A stretch of DNA of 63,150 bases, filler included, from Bigelowiella natans CCMP2755 (lineage: Eukaryota > Protista > Cercozoa), in assembly GCA_000320545.1 (NCBI GenBank). It is 4 parts of 4 records of this genome, joined end to end, with 100 filler letters (N's around TTAATTAATTAA, not from the genome) between each part and the next. Parts side by side here need not be neighbours in the genome. Positions count along the whole stretch, not along the records: positions 12,858 to 38,641 come from ADNK01002215.1; positions 38,742 to 45,633 come from ADNK01000703.1; 2 more parts are not named here. The stretch is one strand, 5' to 3'. The notes beneath the pieces are model-generated. The model did no database searches. It was given only the letters and a program-made list of their open reading frames with translations, and was not told where the DNA came from. Shown in pieces: positions 25,380 through 38,851 of this stretch. The first letter of the stretch is position 1. Each line of letters starts with the position of its first letter. The position numbers and the translations under genes are program-made.

Positions 25380-26400
25380 CCTTACAGCTATGTGTGCAAA
25401 ACCATGAGCCAGCATGATGGGGAATCGAAAGATCGCAAACGTGCATGTACAACTACAACGCCAACATCGCCATCATAGGGACAATGTTACACATCATCAT
25501 TGTGCTGCAAACATGTGTCCACCTGTCCATCATTGATGCAGTGTAACCATTGACTAGCTAACTTCCAATGAACTGAACGCTGATGTACTAGCTAGCTAAG
25601 CTATTTACAGCTAGGGAGTGTGCATCCCTTGCTCTGGCTCTCTAGCTAGCTAGTTCTGCAGGAGCAGGGACATTACTAAATGCGATGAGCATCGCATGTA
25701 GGCGAGGCACACACATGGCTGCGACGTGTCATCTAGCTAGGTGTGAGTGTGCGGTGCCGTGTGTGTTGCTAGCTCGGTTGAGACACACTAGCTCATGCTA
25801 GCTAGCTAGCATGACCAATGCTAGCATCAATGCTAGAATGAGGCCATCTTTCGATTGTCCACAGTTGGCTTTGCATGCTCACATTGCTAGCTGATGAGAA
25901 ACCTCAGAGGCGAAGCTAGCTAGCTAGCTTGTCCACAGTTCTGGAGTTGTGTCGCAGCATGTCAACAGACAGATGAATTCACCTAGTTCAGAGTTAGCTA
26001 GTTGGACCTGCTGACCTGCCTGTCCAGCTGTTCCAGTGTTGCCTCAATCTCCAGATCACAATCTGACAATCTGTCCAATGTCACTGGAGCTGGGTCAAGA
26101 CGTGGACACGTGTGGACACGGACTGAACTAGTGGACGGATCGAGCGTCTAAAACATCCAGAGTGCGCATTCGAATCAAGCATTGAACATGCTCATTTCAT
26201 CCGTTCGCTTCGCACATTGATTCCTCGCTAGCTAGGCCCAGTGATGAGAATTGATGGCACATCACCGCGCTCCACAGATGGACAAGTTTCTGATGTCTCC
26301 ACAAGAACAATGAACAATGAACAATGAAGAAAGCGTTGATCAAAACTACATGCGAAAGAGTGGGAACGAGAAAAGAAGAAGAGTCTGCTCGTGGGAGTCC
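25380..26400. other. TpA-depleted, CTAG-rich island
   Basis: Many gctagctag runs; very few TA outside CTAG in 25740-26340. Confidence 0.88.
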
Positions 26401-26566
26401 GCAGAGTTTACCATCAACTTGAACAATCTCTGAGCAATCTCTCATCAACATACATCATAGATCTGAAAAAAGAAGAGTTGCTCCTCCCTGATCAACACCG
26501 ACCGGCACCGAGCTCTTTTGTTGGCGAGCTACGAGAAGTCTCCCGCCCGAGCGGGGCCAGGAAAGC

Positions 26567-26849
26567 ATGGTGGAGATCAGCCGAGCATGGGTGGTATCAG
26601 ATTCCATAAAGCTGGCCATATTCTTTGGGGAGATGGTTCTTACTGTTTTGTATCTGTTCTCGCCGTGCCGTGATCGCATGAGGCGAAGGCTACAATGGAT
26701 GCAGCTGGCGGCATGCATCGTGGGGTTCGTAAGCGCGTCCTGTGCACACGGGCTTATTTTCTCTAGCTGGAGGGCCCTGGTTATCACAGAGACTCATCTA
26801 CTCATCCTTATCGGCCTTCAGGTCTGTTTGTGGGTGTTGATGCTAGCGG

Positions 26850-26900
<51 letters not shown>

Positions 26901-27661
26901 ATACCTTCATTTTTAAAGATCCCCTTCATACAATTTAGGACATCTTCATCGCCAACATGCTCAATAATCAGAAGAATCTCATCATCGAGAATAAACCGCT
27001 CGAGAGCTACGCGGTTCCGTACATCAGGGCTGCGGCATGCTTCGTTGTCACCCAATATCTTGGGTTGATAGTAGTTCTCTTAACTGATAGAATTACGGAA
27101 ATTAGTATCGTCACCTACGCGGGCCGAGTACTCTTCCTTGTGATCTTCGACTGGGCTATGTTCCGAAGGACCTATGCCGTAGCAAGATTTGCATTGAACG
27201 TCTCAAGGACCGCAAGTGCACGCTCAAGCGTGAATCGGCAAATGTCCGCCGCCATGCTTGACAGGAACTCGTTTGAAGACTTTGAAGAGGCGAAGTCCGA
27301 CTCTGAATCATCATCAATCGATATCTCGCAGCTGATGTCCAGGCTGAAGCTTTATGTCGTATCCTCCCTTGTCGGTTTTACTTTAGCTGTGAGCGCGGGC
27401 TCGATCTTGATGTACTGGGCTATCAGGTTACACGAACACAAGGCGATCTTCAGCGAAGAGTATCGAAACGGCCAGACGGATTACAATTTTTTCCAGGACC
27501 TTGGAGTTTATCTCGTATTGACATTGATGCTTATCAACCTCTTCTTCTGCCGTGCGAGAATAGACTGGGCAGCTTTTGGTTGTGGGGCTTTACCTGCTGA
27601 AGACAAAGGAGCAGAGTGGAAAACAGGTCAGGATAAAAGCGGTATGCTCTCAGGGGCGTAG
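26567..27661 (+). CDS. Seven-transmembrane (GPCR-like) orphan protein, 335 aa, two exons
   Basis: Exons 26567-26851 and 26939-27661 join in frame across a GT-(CT)n-AG intron. Seven hydrophobic segments, with a long Ser/acidic loop between segments 5 and 6. Confidence 0.7.
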
Positions 27662-28179
27662 GCACAAACATGGATGGTGGAAGTGATGTTTTGGCTGAGT
27701 TGGTTGGTTGTTTCAGTTTGCAGTGGACCCTCTTCTCCATTTAAACGCCTAACGTACACGAATGAAGTTTTCTCTTTTTACGAAAAATTCGATTCGCCTC
27801 TCAACGCCAGCTTAAAGTCTCGGTCTACCAGTCGACTGATTCAAGACACGGGCACGTACAACCCTCTAGATCGAGCAATATGTTGTAGGTATCGCAACGC
27901 ACAACCATCTATACCGAAAAGAGCTTGCGGCACGTAGTGGGTTTTATTTCATTTTAATAGATCTATATATCTACGAGTGTCTCATACATTGTTGGTGTGT
28001 GTAGCGCGCAAAAGTACGTACATGAATGCAGATCCCTATCGCGTAAGCCATGTTATTATGTCATCGAGCCAATGTTAATGTTGAAGTTTGATGATGCTCA
28101 GCTTGCAGAGGTCGCGTTAGTGCAATTGACAATTGAAATCTCATTATGTAGTCACGCTGCATTTTAAATGCATACATGG

Positions 28180-28212
<33 letters not shown>

Positions 28213-28720
28213 GGGTACAACATCTATGCATGTTTTCTTTTTTCGCACATGGGTTGTGAATGAACCAATTGGGTCGGTGTGCACTACTTGTAGGAGTCGC
28301 TAGCTAGCTAGATCGCCGCACAATGATCCACCTTTGGCCTTTTGATTTGCCCTTGTCACTGTTGCCCCCCAACCGCGAATATCGCTCTGTTTTCATCGCT
28401 TTACCCATTGCCGGCTAGCCGGTGACATGGCGGCAGCGTTGACCAGCACCAGGTTCATTGGAAGGAAATGTCGCCCCCTTTTGCGTGCGAGTGTCACATG
28501 GCAGCGCTAGATCGAACAGTGCCAGCTCGTGCACAAGCCGGATTGCATGTAGCAAGTAGCAAGCTCAGTCATTATTCAGCACCATAGCAAAGCAAACTAT
28601 GGTTTCATTGGTAAATGTGAATAATAAAATGCATTCAAATAAGGCACTTGTATTAACTTTCGCCGTACACATTCAATATGTTGCATGTGACCTTCCATGC
28701 ATACACGCACTTCATGGTTT
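28180..28720. other. Partial TpA-depleted, CTAG-rich island
   Basis: gctagctagctag at ~28299 and low TA to ~28560, between convergent genes. Confidence 0.6.
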
Positions 28721-28979
28721 CACTAGCGAGACTACTTAAACGATCACTTCATCGCATTTTTCGAGTGGTAATGCTGAAGAAAAAGGAGGTTAAAACTAAA
28801 ATCTAAGGACCAGAAGGAACTGTACCCTCGATCCACACTATAACTATATAGGTTGCAACGTTCTGATCATGTCTCCGAAAGGTGCTTTATACGGCTCAAA
28901 TATAACACTAGTTTTTCGGAACCCAACACCGCTGATTCCTAGAAAGAAAATCAACTCTAAATCGAAGAAGCAGCATTAT

Positions 28980-30767
28980 ATTGAGCACCAGTCTCCGTAG
29001 TTGCAGTGGGTATGGAAGCTGCTAGTGACAGCGCATCAATAGTAATTGGTTGTAGCATAAGCTTACGGCGAGGGAGGAGATCTCCTCATACAATCGACAC
29101 AGTATTACGCGATATATTACCAATAATATTTACACTATTCCCCCCCCCCCCCCCCCAAAAAACTGGTGCGCACTGTGGCCAAATTCTGCGAATTTTGTCG
29201 GAAGAGCATTGCGGTCACACTGAAACGCTAGATCGGAAAAACGTGTAGCTTAGCGCGGTGCAGGATGTGAGAGCTCCTAACGCGAGGCAGAGTACGGCTG
29301 AGCAATAGAACAGACAAAGCAAAGAGAGGGGGGGTAATGACGCAAGACTTCTTTTGGGTGACGGCCGAGCATCTATGAGCAACACGGTTCGTTGCTGTGA
29401 AGCGCTAGCGCAGCTTTCAAGCCGAAGTTTTATGATGGAAACCTCAAATCTAGGAGAAAACCGATTTTGGGAATCTGAAACATCGAATCAGAACAAACCT
29501 GCGAAGTAATCATGGTTGGGCGATCCAAGATACATCGTCTGCTCGTCGCAGTTCGGAACATAGCACGGCACGATGTCTCCTGATCGTACCAATTACAAAG
29601 ATTAATTCGAGGATGCTGTCACACGCCGCAATGGGGAAAAGAAGCAGAGCAACTTGGAGCAATAAAACGAATAAATCAACGAATCTGCATCTACAATGAC
29701 ATGATTCTTTGCGCTCACATCCTAAAAATATTCCCGTCAACACAAGTGACTATACTATTGCTGTGATGCGGCAAATAGATGTTATGTTATTACCTATTCT
29801 GAACTGAGGGCGTGGGAAACAAGGTGTAGCCTGCACAGAGATCAACACCGATGTCAACAATAGCAGGAATTCGCTTTCAAAACCAAGCCTCCTTGCATCA
29901 ACCTTGCACAAATAGACAAAAAAAAAAAAAAAACCTGTGATACTAGATCGAGCTCTTCGCTGCACTTGGAAGGCGAAACGGCAGTGTATGTGGACTCAAC
30001 ACCCCTGCATCTGAAAGGAAAAGAAAGTACGTTTAGTCTTTGTCACAATGTTCATAACTGAGGATGGGGTTATGCATGTCTGAAACACCAGAAATAATTT
30101 CACGAAACGACACAGCAAGTAGCATAACATTGCTTTAGCTAAATAAATAGTCTGCAGTACAACGATGCGAAAGGAGGCAGAAGAGGAGCATAGTAAACAT
30201 ATTCCGAATCGATAAATTGATCTTACTGCATGCAAACTCCATCTCCATCGCACGCGCAGTCGTAGTAACATTCGCGATCATTTCTTCCCACTATCTGACA
30301 GTGCTCCCTGTGTTACATCAAAATTAAGCTGATACCGCGCATTTCATCGACTCTCCGTTATGTCGTCATCGAATTTTCAATTGATGAGGAAGGGGGAGGA
30401 GGAGGAGGAGGAGGAGGAGGAGGAGGAGATAGATGATGATGAGAAACACAACCTCGTCGTCGTTAGCTGCAAATTTCTCGCTCTAATAATCTGACATTGT
30501 GTACAGAAAAGGCCACGGGAAACACGGTCAGTGAGCTGGGAGGACATGTAAAGCCCCCTCCCCTCCGAAGCAGAAACTGGTTAAACTTACTTGCCATATG
30601 CCAACGAAGATGAGAAGGATAGAGACGAGAAAACAACAACTTATTGTGGCAGCAATCCGATTGGACTCGCCGCCGTCGTACAAACGGCTGCGACCTTTTC
30701 TTTTCCCGGAAGCATCATCTAGAAAGTCGCCATCATCGGCGATTCGGTCGTACGTGCTGTACTCCAT
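28980..30767 (-). CDS. Hypothetical membrane protein with Cys-rich loop, multi-exon
   Basis: MEYSTYDRIADD...TM (ISCCFLVSILLIFVGIWQ)|IIRARNLQLTTTR|IVGRNDRECYYDCACDGDGVC..|CRGVESTYTAVSPSKCSEELDLVSQ, then a second hydrophobic stretch at ~29240-29300. 3' end approximate. Confidence 0.55.
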
Positions 30768-31331
30768 TCCACACAGACTGTTGGTAGATGTTGCGAATAT
30801 GGTCGAAAATGTATCGAGTCTTTATCTAAAATTAAAGTATCTATCTACAACACCCATAACAATAACCCATATTAATGCCGGTTTTAGATGTAATGCCGAT
30901 GTAGTAAAAATCGCAACTGTTTTGCCTGTATTTTGCCAAATTTAGGTGGCGAATTCATAATTACACAATTCGAACAGCACCCAAGGAAGGACTTATTTCG
31001 AACATCACCAAATCTACCAAGCATTGGAATGGCTTGAATTTAAGTGTAATTTGACATATTTTTAAATGTCTTATGGATAAAAAGAAGATCCTAGCTAAGG
31101 ATATCTGGCGAATTAGAAAATTCTAGAATCTTAAACTTTAGATAGTTCGATCTACCCAGCTGCAGAGAATTTATTACCTCTCAATTCAAATTACGACATC
31201 ATTATTGAAGCTATTCTGTATAAAAATATAGTACATTTAGGAATTTTATTGATTGAATATATAATACTCTCCATCTTAATTAAGATACTTCAGCAAAGTT
31301 CTGGATCTGTTCCTCCTCCCCTTGGATCAAG

Positions 31332-32357
31332 ATGCTCCAGCGCCCTCTGCCCGTGCCCGATGCCAATCTGGGTCGAGCGCATAGCAAAAGGGAACTTCTT
31401 CCTGGACTTGCGACTGCACGTACGTTACATAACTAGGAAGAAATTCCTCTGTCATTGGGCTTTATATTAACTGACTTCTCTTCTTCAAATTCTCAATCAG
31501 GGATGGTTAACCTCCTTCTAGACCTCAATAAAGTAAGTGTGTTCGCAAGCGAAATATTTCAAGGCTTAACAGAGGAGACCAAATCAGTTACGGGGCGCTT
31601 AAATAATGTGCAAAAACGAGTCGAGGCGCTTGGGAAGTGCCTCGACAGTGCAGTGGAGGAAGCAGAAGATCGAAAAACTCAAGTGCGGTTCAATCCTACG
31701 AGTGAATTTAACACCATCAATTTACGGTCAAATCTATTCACGCCTGCCACAAGGCCTGGGTGTGTGCAAAGGCGCTATGAGAGAGCGCAGAAGATCCCGC
31801 CTCTCGAAACCCTTGATTCTCACAACACAAAAGGCAGCTGCGCAGATGGGTAAGATATCAACCTCCCAAAACATAATTATGAAAGCTCATGCTGCCCATG
31901 CTCCTTTGCTACTACGGCTGTAGTAAATAGAATAAAGGTGTATGGGCCGTTTAAATATCTTGATGACGCGGTTACGTGTAGGTACTCGAATCCTAAATTC
32001 CTGGAAGATTGGTGGATTGAGAAGCAGAAACAGGAGATACAGAAGGAGAAGCAGGCCAAGAAAAAAAGAAAGAAGGATAAGAAAAATCGACGACAAAAGG
32101 GTCTTGCAGGTGCGCTATCGTATGATGGAACATCGAGACACTTTCTTTAAAGCACTTTGATCCTCTGCAGTCTTTCACTCTTTTCATTCTAATAATTACA
32201 GGAGATATTAAGGCTACCACAAACTACGATCGAAGCTCCAACCAGCAACAGCAAAACGTGAGTCAGAGTAGAGAGGGGGATGATAATGTAGAAAGCAGGA
32301 GGGTAGGATTCATATCTATTGAACGAACCGCTTGGAAGTATCTCAACGCAAACTCTC

Positions 32358-32420
<63 letters not shown>

Positions 32421-32595
32421 AAACAAGAGCTGAAGCAAAGATACCCATGCAATATATGATACGTATATACCATGCTCAAGCAACCCTTCTCCCCTCCACA
32501 GGTTGCGATTCGGAAAGCAAGCGAAGCTCCGAGACCATCTCCATCACAACCTGCGGCACGTGAGGAGCAGCCGGTGGTGAATAATGATAATAGTA

Positions 32596-32629
<34 letters not shown>

Positions 32630-32840
32630 CAAACCAACGATGATGATAATTGTCTGTGGGTTTTTCTGTGAATAAGCCTTATATGTAATCTAATTTTGGC
32701 AATGCTATGCTCTGCGAATGTGCTGTTTCTCTGTTGTCCTTTCTCAGAACGACATTGACATCGACATCCAGCCTTCTTCGGATCCAACGCCGCCACCCCC
32801 CCAGCCGCCTCTTCCTCCAGGTATTTATAAAATTTATGTT

Positions 32841-32878
<38 letters not shown>

Positions 32879-33620
32879 ATGTGTGTGTGTGTGTGTGTAA
32901 TAGAGAGAGGGAGGGAGAGAGAGAGAGAGAGAGAGAGAGAAAAGAGAGCGAGAGGGAGAGAAATAAGGTGAGTAGGAGCCCGAAAAAGACACTAGAGACA
33001 TGTATTATTCATAAGTAGATTAATCTACGAATGAAGCAGCTTCGCAACTATATCGAAACATGAGATTTGCAGATGATGGTGTGGCATTCGTCCAGTATTA
33101 GCATGACACATATTTTGCTACAATCCCTCCTGACTGCATCCCTCTCAACTAGCCGCCCCCCCTCCCTCCATCATCCTTCCTCTCTTGTTCAGAAGATGCT
33201 TCTTACCCGCAACCGCCTGTTCCGCCAGATGTTCCGAGCATACCCCCTCCCCCCGGCGTTCCTGATTCTGCAGCATCAGACGCAAATCTACCACCCCCCC
33301 CACCTGAAATGCCGCAGCCCCCTCTTCCAGATGGAGGCGGGACGCAAAACGTTATTCCTCCTCCCCCAAATGCATCATTAGGGAATGTCCCCCCCCCGCC
33401 CTCGTCAATCCCAAGTATCCCGTCTATACCGCCCCCTCCCTCCGGTGTTGGCGGCATCCCACCGCCCCCAATGATGAATACAGGTGGGGTGCTGTTATGA
33501 TGCTGTGTGTAAGATGTGTACGTGTGTATGTGTGCTGCAGCAAAATAGTGGGTGGGAGAGAAGAGTGAGAGGGAGAGAGAGAGAGAGAGAGAGAATGACA
33601 TTGAGTTGGTGCTAGATCTT

Positions 33621-33657
<37 letters not shown>

Positions 33658-34291
33658 GACCACGAGGAGGAGGATGATATATCATTCATTTGGTGACCCA
33701 CCGAGTAGTGGTAGTTTTATGGAGAATGAGGAGGAGGAGGAAGAGGAGGACGAAATTCGAAAAAGACGACGACTCTTCTTCATGATATTACTCGCGTCTC
33801 TTCTCCTCCTCCTCCTCCTCCTCCTCCTCCTCCTCACATACTTTTTCAATGGAGTAGAAAGTTTTGTTCTTCATATTATGGCTGACAATGGTGAATTGTT
33901 TTCCCCTTCGTTTCTTCTTCTTCTTCCTCCTCCTCCCCCCCCCCTTCATCATCGTCGCCATCACCACTCTTAGGTGGCATTCCCCCTCCCCCTTCTGGTG
34001 GTATGGGAGGAGATGCCGGCGGTATCCCCCCAGTACCGGACTTAGGCGGCATTCCTCCAGTACCGGACTTAGGCGGCATTCCTCCAGTACCCGATTTAGC
34101 CATGCCTGTTGGCTTGCCCCCCCCCCCCAGCTCTTCTTCTTCCGGGGGTGCTGCAGCTGTGGTGGTGAAAAGAAAGAAGGCGAAGGCTTCGGGAGGACCC
34201 CCACGCCCTCCACCAAGTGACAATAGGAATGATCTTCTCTCGGCCATTCGCAGGTGAACGACCAGGGTTCTAGCTAGCAGCAGTAGTAGTT

Positions 34292-34324
<33 letters not shown>

Positions 34325-35010
34325 TTGTAGTAGTGGTAATAGTAGGGCGTTGGTTGCGTGTGGAGATAAAGGGAGAGGGAAGAAGATCGAAATTTTGCTT
34401 TTTAATTTTCAATCCGCATCCTAAAGATTTGATGATGAGCAGAAACCCGTTATTATCACACAAACACACACACACACACACACACACGCACGCACGCACA
34501 AAGACTGTTTGCTTCCGCGTTTTCCAACGCAACTCGCAGCGCGATCCTTAAGAATAAGCGATGATGTAATATATGTGCCTTAAATTCCAGAGGGAAAACG
34601 CTGACAAAGAGGAAACCACAGGAGAAGAAGGCTGCGCCCTTGACCGGAAAAGATGCATTCTTGGCCCAGATCCGACAACGGAAGAATTTCAAGTTGCGAA
34701 AGGTATGTTTGCAGCGGTGTACAAGAACTTGCTATCATTGCCATATCACCAGGGCAGAAATACGATCATAGAGATATGTTTTCATGTGTACATGTTTTTG
34801 CATGTATGTTTTTGGTTCTCCCTTTCTATTGTAAAGTGAGATTGGTTGCGCTACCACTACGCACATTATTAACAGGTGCAAGTAGCTCCCAAACCGAAAA
34901 AAGTGGAAGCTTCTGGTGGAATGTCAGCAGTCATGAAGGTGCTTCAGATGCGCCAAGACATTGCTGGAGATTCGAGCGATGACGATTCTGATTCTGATTT
35001 TGATGATTAA
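31332..35010 (+). CDS. SCAR/WAVE family actin nucleation-promoting factor
   Basis: SCAR homology domain (LNKVSVFASEIFQGL...RLNNVQKRVEAL...NLFTPATRP...PPLETLD...YSNPKFLEDWW), then a basic region, poly-Pro exons, WH2 motifs, a central region and the acidic tail DSSDDDSDSDFDD*. Confidence 0.9.
34018..34098 (+). repeat. Coding tandem repeat, 3 x 27 nt (GGIPPVPDL) in the SCAR poly-Pro region
   Basis: ggcggtatccccccagtaccggactta / ggcggcattcctccagtaccggactta / ggcggcattcctccagtacccgattta. Confidence 0.9.
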
Positions 35011-35609
35011 AGCCTCTAGTTTATGATCAAATAAGCCTCTAGTTGTGACCTCTTCTACGATAGCCTTGCTGATTTGCTGCTCAGACGCTCGCAGCAGCTG
35101 TACATCTGCAGCATGTATGTAGACATGCGCCATAGAGAAAGGTAAATGACATACTAGCATAGCACATCTATGTACGTATACGTTGCGCAGTTAGTGCACA
35201 CAACATGCCATGACCAATTATTTGACCTATATGCGATGTGGTCATTATTAAGTGCTGGCATATGCACATGCACCATAGAATGTGTCATAGCATTGCAAGC
35301 AGGCGTCATGGTCATCAGTTCGCCAGCTGCTGGCACACATCGTTGCCGCACACGTTCGCATCGCTAGATCGCACTTGTAGTTGATGTATGCACACATACA
35401 GCAGGTAACTACAGCCAACGCCAATAATACGCGCGATGACACTGCTGATGAATTGAGTTGATGAGATGTTGCTCTAACAAGTTATGAAATATAACAGTAC
35501 ATTTTGTGGGTGCATCGCATGTGCATTGTATACACGCAGATTGCTTGTTGATAGAACATTCATTGCTGCGCACGTGAGAAACGACTCACGCAACCAGCAG
35601 TCCTCACAA

Positions 35610-37584
35610 CAAGAGTTCATTCTTAGTTTTGAAAGGCGAATTGCTCACGGTTGCACTATTCCGCCTATTACTGTCTTCATCCTCCTCCAATGCACGTCCT
35701 TCAATATCCCCTTCCTCGTCCGATCTAACAGCCATGTATAAGTTGGAGGTAAGATGTTAATAATAGGTGTGAGTAAAAACGACGTATAAATGCACGTACG
35801 AACAATGATGAACACTCCGTTGGACACATTAGGCAATGCCCCCGTTAGGCATCCCAGAAATGAAACGTAAACAGGTTAGAATACAGTGTACCAAAAAAAC
35901 TGTTTACTGCACTTGTTTGTCTTAAGACACAAATCGTGGGTGGGTTTGTCTCCAAAAAAACCGAATGGTTTACTAAAACTACGCCCAGCTACAAAGGTGT
36001 ATCGTCTCGAATGCCGGGAAAGACATGAAAGCAAAAGATTCCTTACTTTTCAATCTCCAGTATGCTGAGCAGGGTTCATCAGTAGTCCCGCATACATGTA
36101 GCAAAAGCGAGATGGGTGATACAGAAATCAAAGGGAGAAGAATCATTACAACTCAGGAACGACTTTCCCCGCGATTTGAACATGAAGCAAGTCGCCATCG
36201 GCACTCTCGTCACACGAGGCCACCGATTAGTACGAGGATGATGTCATACATATATGCACATAATGTCATACATATATGCACATAACGACACCATTTTAAT
36301 GTGTGTGTGTGTGTGTGTGTGTGTGCGTGCGTTCTTATATGTTTTGTGCATTGCTTCGTTTGTATGGCTTACGAGCGTCTGATTCGTTCCATGACCCGCC
36401 GTTTCTATTGATGATAAACAAAAAATGAGAATAAAGGCATATCCGAGGCGCTCCCTGCCTCTCACTCTCATACATAGATACACACATGCGTGCAAACAAA
36501 CAAAATTATATCAATTTATGAGGTAATGTACTAATGAGCACGCGCGCGCGTGTGTGCTTTGCGTCGTAATATCATGTGCAAACGCCCCACCTGTGGGTCT
36601 GTAATGCTCTCCAAAAACATGTCCTTTCCCTGCTTTTCATATTCCTCTGTATATACAATAAAAATAAATATGTAAATTGAATATGCAATAATATACATAT
36701 GTATTTATGCATTCGTGTATCTAGTGTGTATAAAAGCCATAATAACATATTTAGTAGTGTGCATATATGTTTTATATCTGACCCTCTTTTTGCTGCTGGG
36801 CCTTGATTCTTGCCTCTTTTTTCTCCTGAAATTAACGCAAAATATTGTCAAATGCTACCGTCCTGCCGGTTCAGTGCGTGTAGAACGAATAGATAATACT
36901 TTGAGCTGCCTCTTTATCATACTGAGCCTTCCGTTTTCCTGGAGGAAATAGCATTTGCATTTTTTCAAAAAAAAAAAAAAGATGCACGGAATCAACGGCT
37001 TGCAGAATAAAAAAGCACACGAAGGCACAGCATCAATCAATCAATCTCGTGCAAACTTTGGGTTATAACAACGCATGATATCCTCCAGAACTAATCCTCT
37101 CGTCAAAGCACTGCAATCGATACGGATTACGAGGAATGACGTTCACGTGTTGTCGTGTGGTCATCACGGCTCTTTCTAGAGTCGCCGACTTCCCACCTGG
37201 ATTTCCAGGTCCCTCAATCGTGCAAGATCCTTGAGTTCCCACTCGGTGATGTTTACTCCAAGTTCTGTTAAAGAAACAACGCTCTTACGAGGAGGCATGC
37301 GTAACTCCACGAGGTGTATGAAGTGTATATATATATATATATATATATATACATTTATGTATATAATATGCATATAATATTTCCAACACGAAGTGATACA
37401 CCAGTGGTGCTACATCAGTGTTGTTGTAGCCATAAATATGATGGTCAAGTGTTGTAGCCGTAAATATGATGGCCGATGCGATTACCTCGTGTTTTGTTTA
37501 GCATTCGCTCATCCCAAGCTTGCATCGAAGCTCTCGTTTCTCTGAAGGAAGCGCGCAGGAGCATAGTCCATATCCACACACGCA

Positions 37585-37646
<62 letters not shown>

Positions 37647-37686
37647 TAGGTCGCAATATATGATTAAGGATACACTCGAGAACATC

Positions 37687-37727
<41 letters not shown>

Positions 37728-37972
37728 AATCTTGAAGCTACACCACGTGCGAAGAACAGGCATAATAAGAATCTGTCGCTTTATCTTTATGATTGCACAA
37801 CTTACAGATCTGGCTTTAGTCTTCCCGCCTCTCTATACTCAATCTTGAACAAGTTGAAAACACCCATACACAGCACCGGTGTTAGGGAGGGGGGGGGGGA
37901 GGGGGGCAGAAGGAGACGGAGAAAAACCATCGTTTCATTTCACTCATGCCAGAGAGAGAGAGCGACGAATAT

Positions 37973-38006
<34 letters not shown>

Positions 38007-38110
38007 TAATCAATTTAGTTTCTTGTGAGATGTGTGTTATATGTTGTATTGGTGCTGGGCTGCTGGCACACACTTTGTTCCCGAACTGGTCGATTCCCCA
38101 ATTCCATTCC
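35610..38110 (-). CDS. Hypothetical charged/coiled-coil protein, multi-exon, 5' end uncertain (may run into gap)
   Basis: Short GT-AG exons: EWNWGIDQFGNK|IEYREAGRLKPDL|ETRASMQAWDERMLNKTR|ELGVNITEWELKDLARLRDLEIQ ... ENGRLSMIKRQLK|EKKEARIKAQQQKE|EYEKQGKDMFLESITDPQ|KRRVMERIRRS. Confidence 0.6.
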
Positions 38111-38130
38111 TGCACAACGCCGCCACATCG

Positions 38131-38163
<33 letters not shown>

Positions 38164-38242
38164 CGATGATGAGAAAATTAAAGCAATATTACAACAAGTG
38201 TTATTTGGTGCAAAAAACAGTTGGATGTTTAGAAACCTTGTA

Positions 38243-38282
<40 letters not shown>

Positions 38283-38641
38283 TATTTTTTACATTATCTA
38301 ACATCTAGCATAATATGCACTCCCCCCCCCCCCCCTGATCATTCACGATGAAGCTTAAGAAAGCGAGGTTATATAGGAAGAACGTCTTTGGCAAATCGGT
38401 CACAATACAACTTGACCTTACAGGGAAAAATACTTACAAAAAATAAAAACCCATGGAATTCTCCGCCTACCGGAAGGGCACGGTGCTTCCCATAAGTTTT
38501 TTGGGCTGGGGATAAGATGCAAAAAAAATCGTCCCCCAGTGTCTTTGTGTGTGCGTGCGCGCGCTCGCCCTCTGTCTGTGTTGTGGGTGTGTGTGTTGTG
38601 GGAAACACACTTTTTTTAACCATTTCCCCCTGAAGTGGGGG

Positions 38642-38741
38642 NNNNNNNNNNNNNNNNNNNNNNNNNNNNNNNNNNNNNNNNNNNNTTAATTAATTAANNN
38701 NNNNNNNNNNNNNNNNNNNNNNNNNNNNNNNNNNNNNNNNN
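38642..38741. other. Assembly gap with artificial linker
   Basis: N44-TTAATTAATTAA-N44. Confidence 0.97.
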
Positions 38742-38851
38742 GGGGGGGGGGGATGGTATAATAGGGAAAATTTCTCGGTTCTCGCCGACACGACGACTTT
38801 TAAAGGCGATCGTTAGTTGTTGTTCCATAACAAGCCTGATTAGGAGTATTA

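Noticed and set aside
37420-37476. ~28-nt tandem duplication; similar short ones at ~7581-7630 and ~35009-35045
   Set aside because: Ordinary slippage duplications in non-coding DNA.
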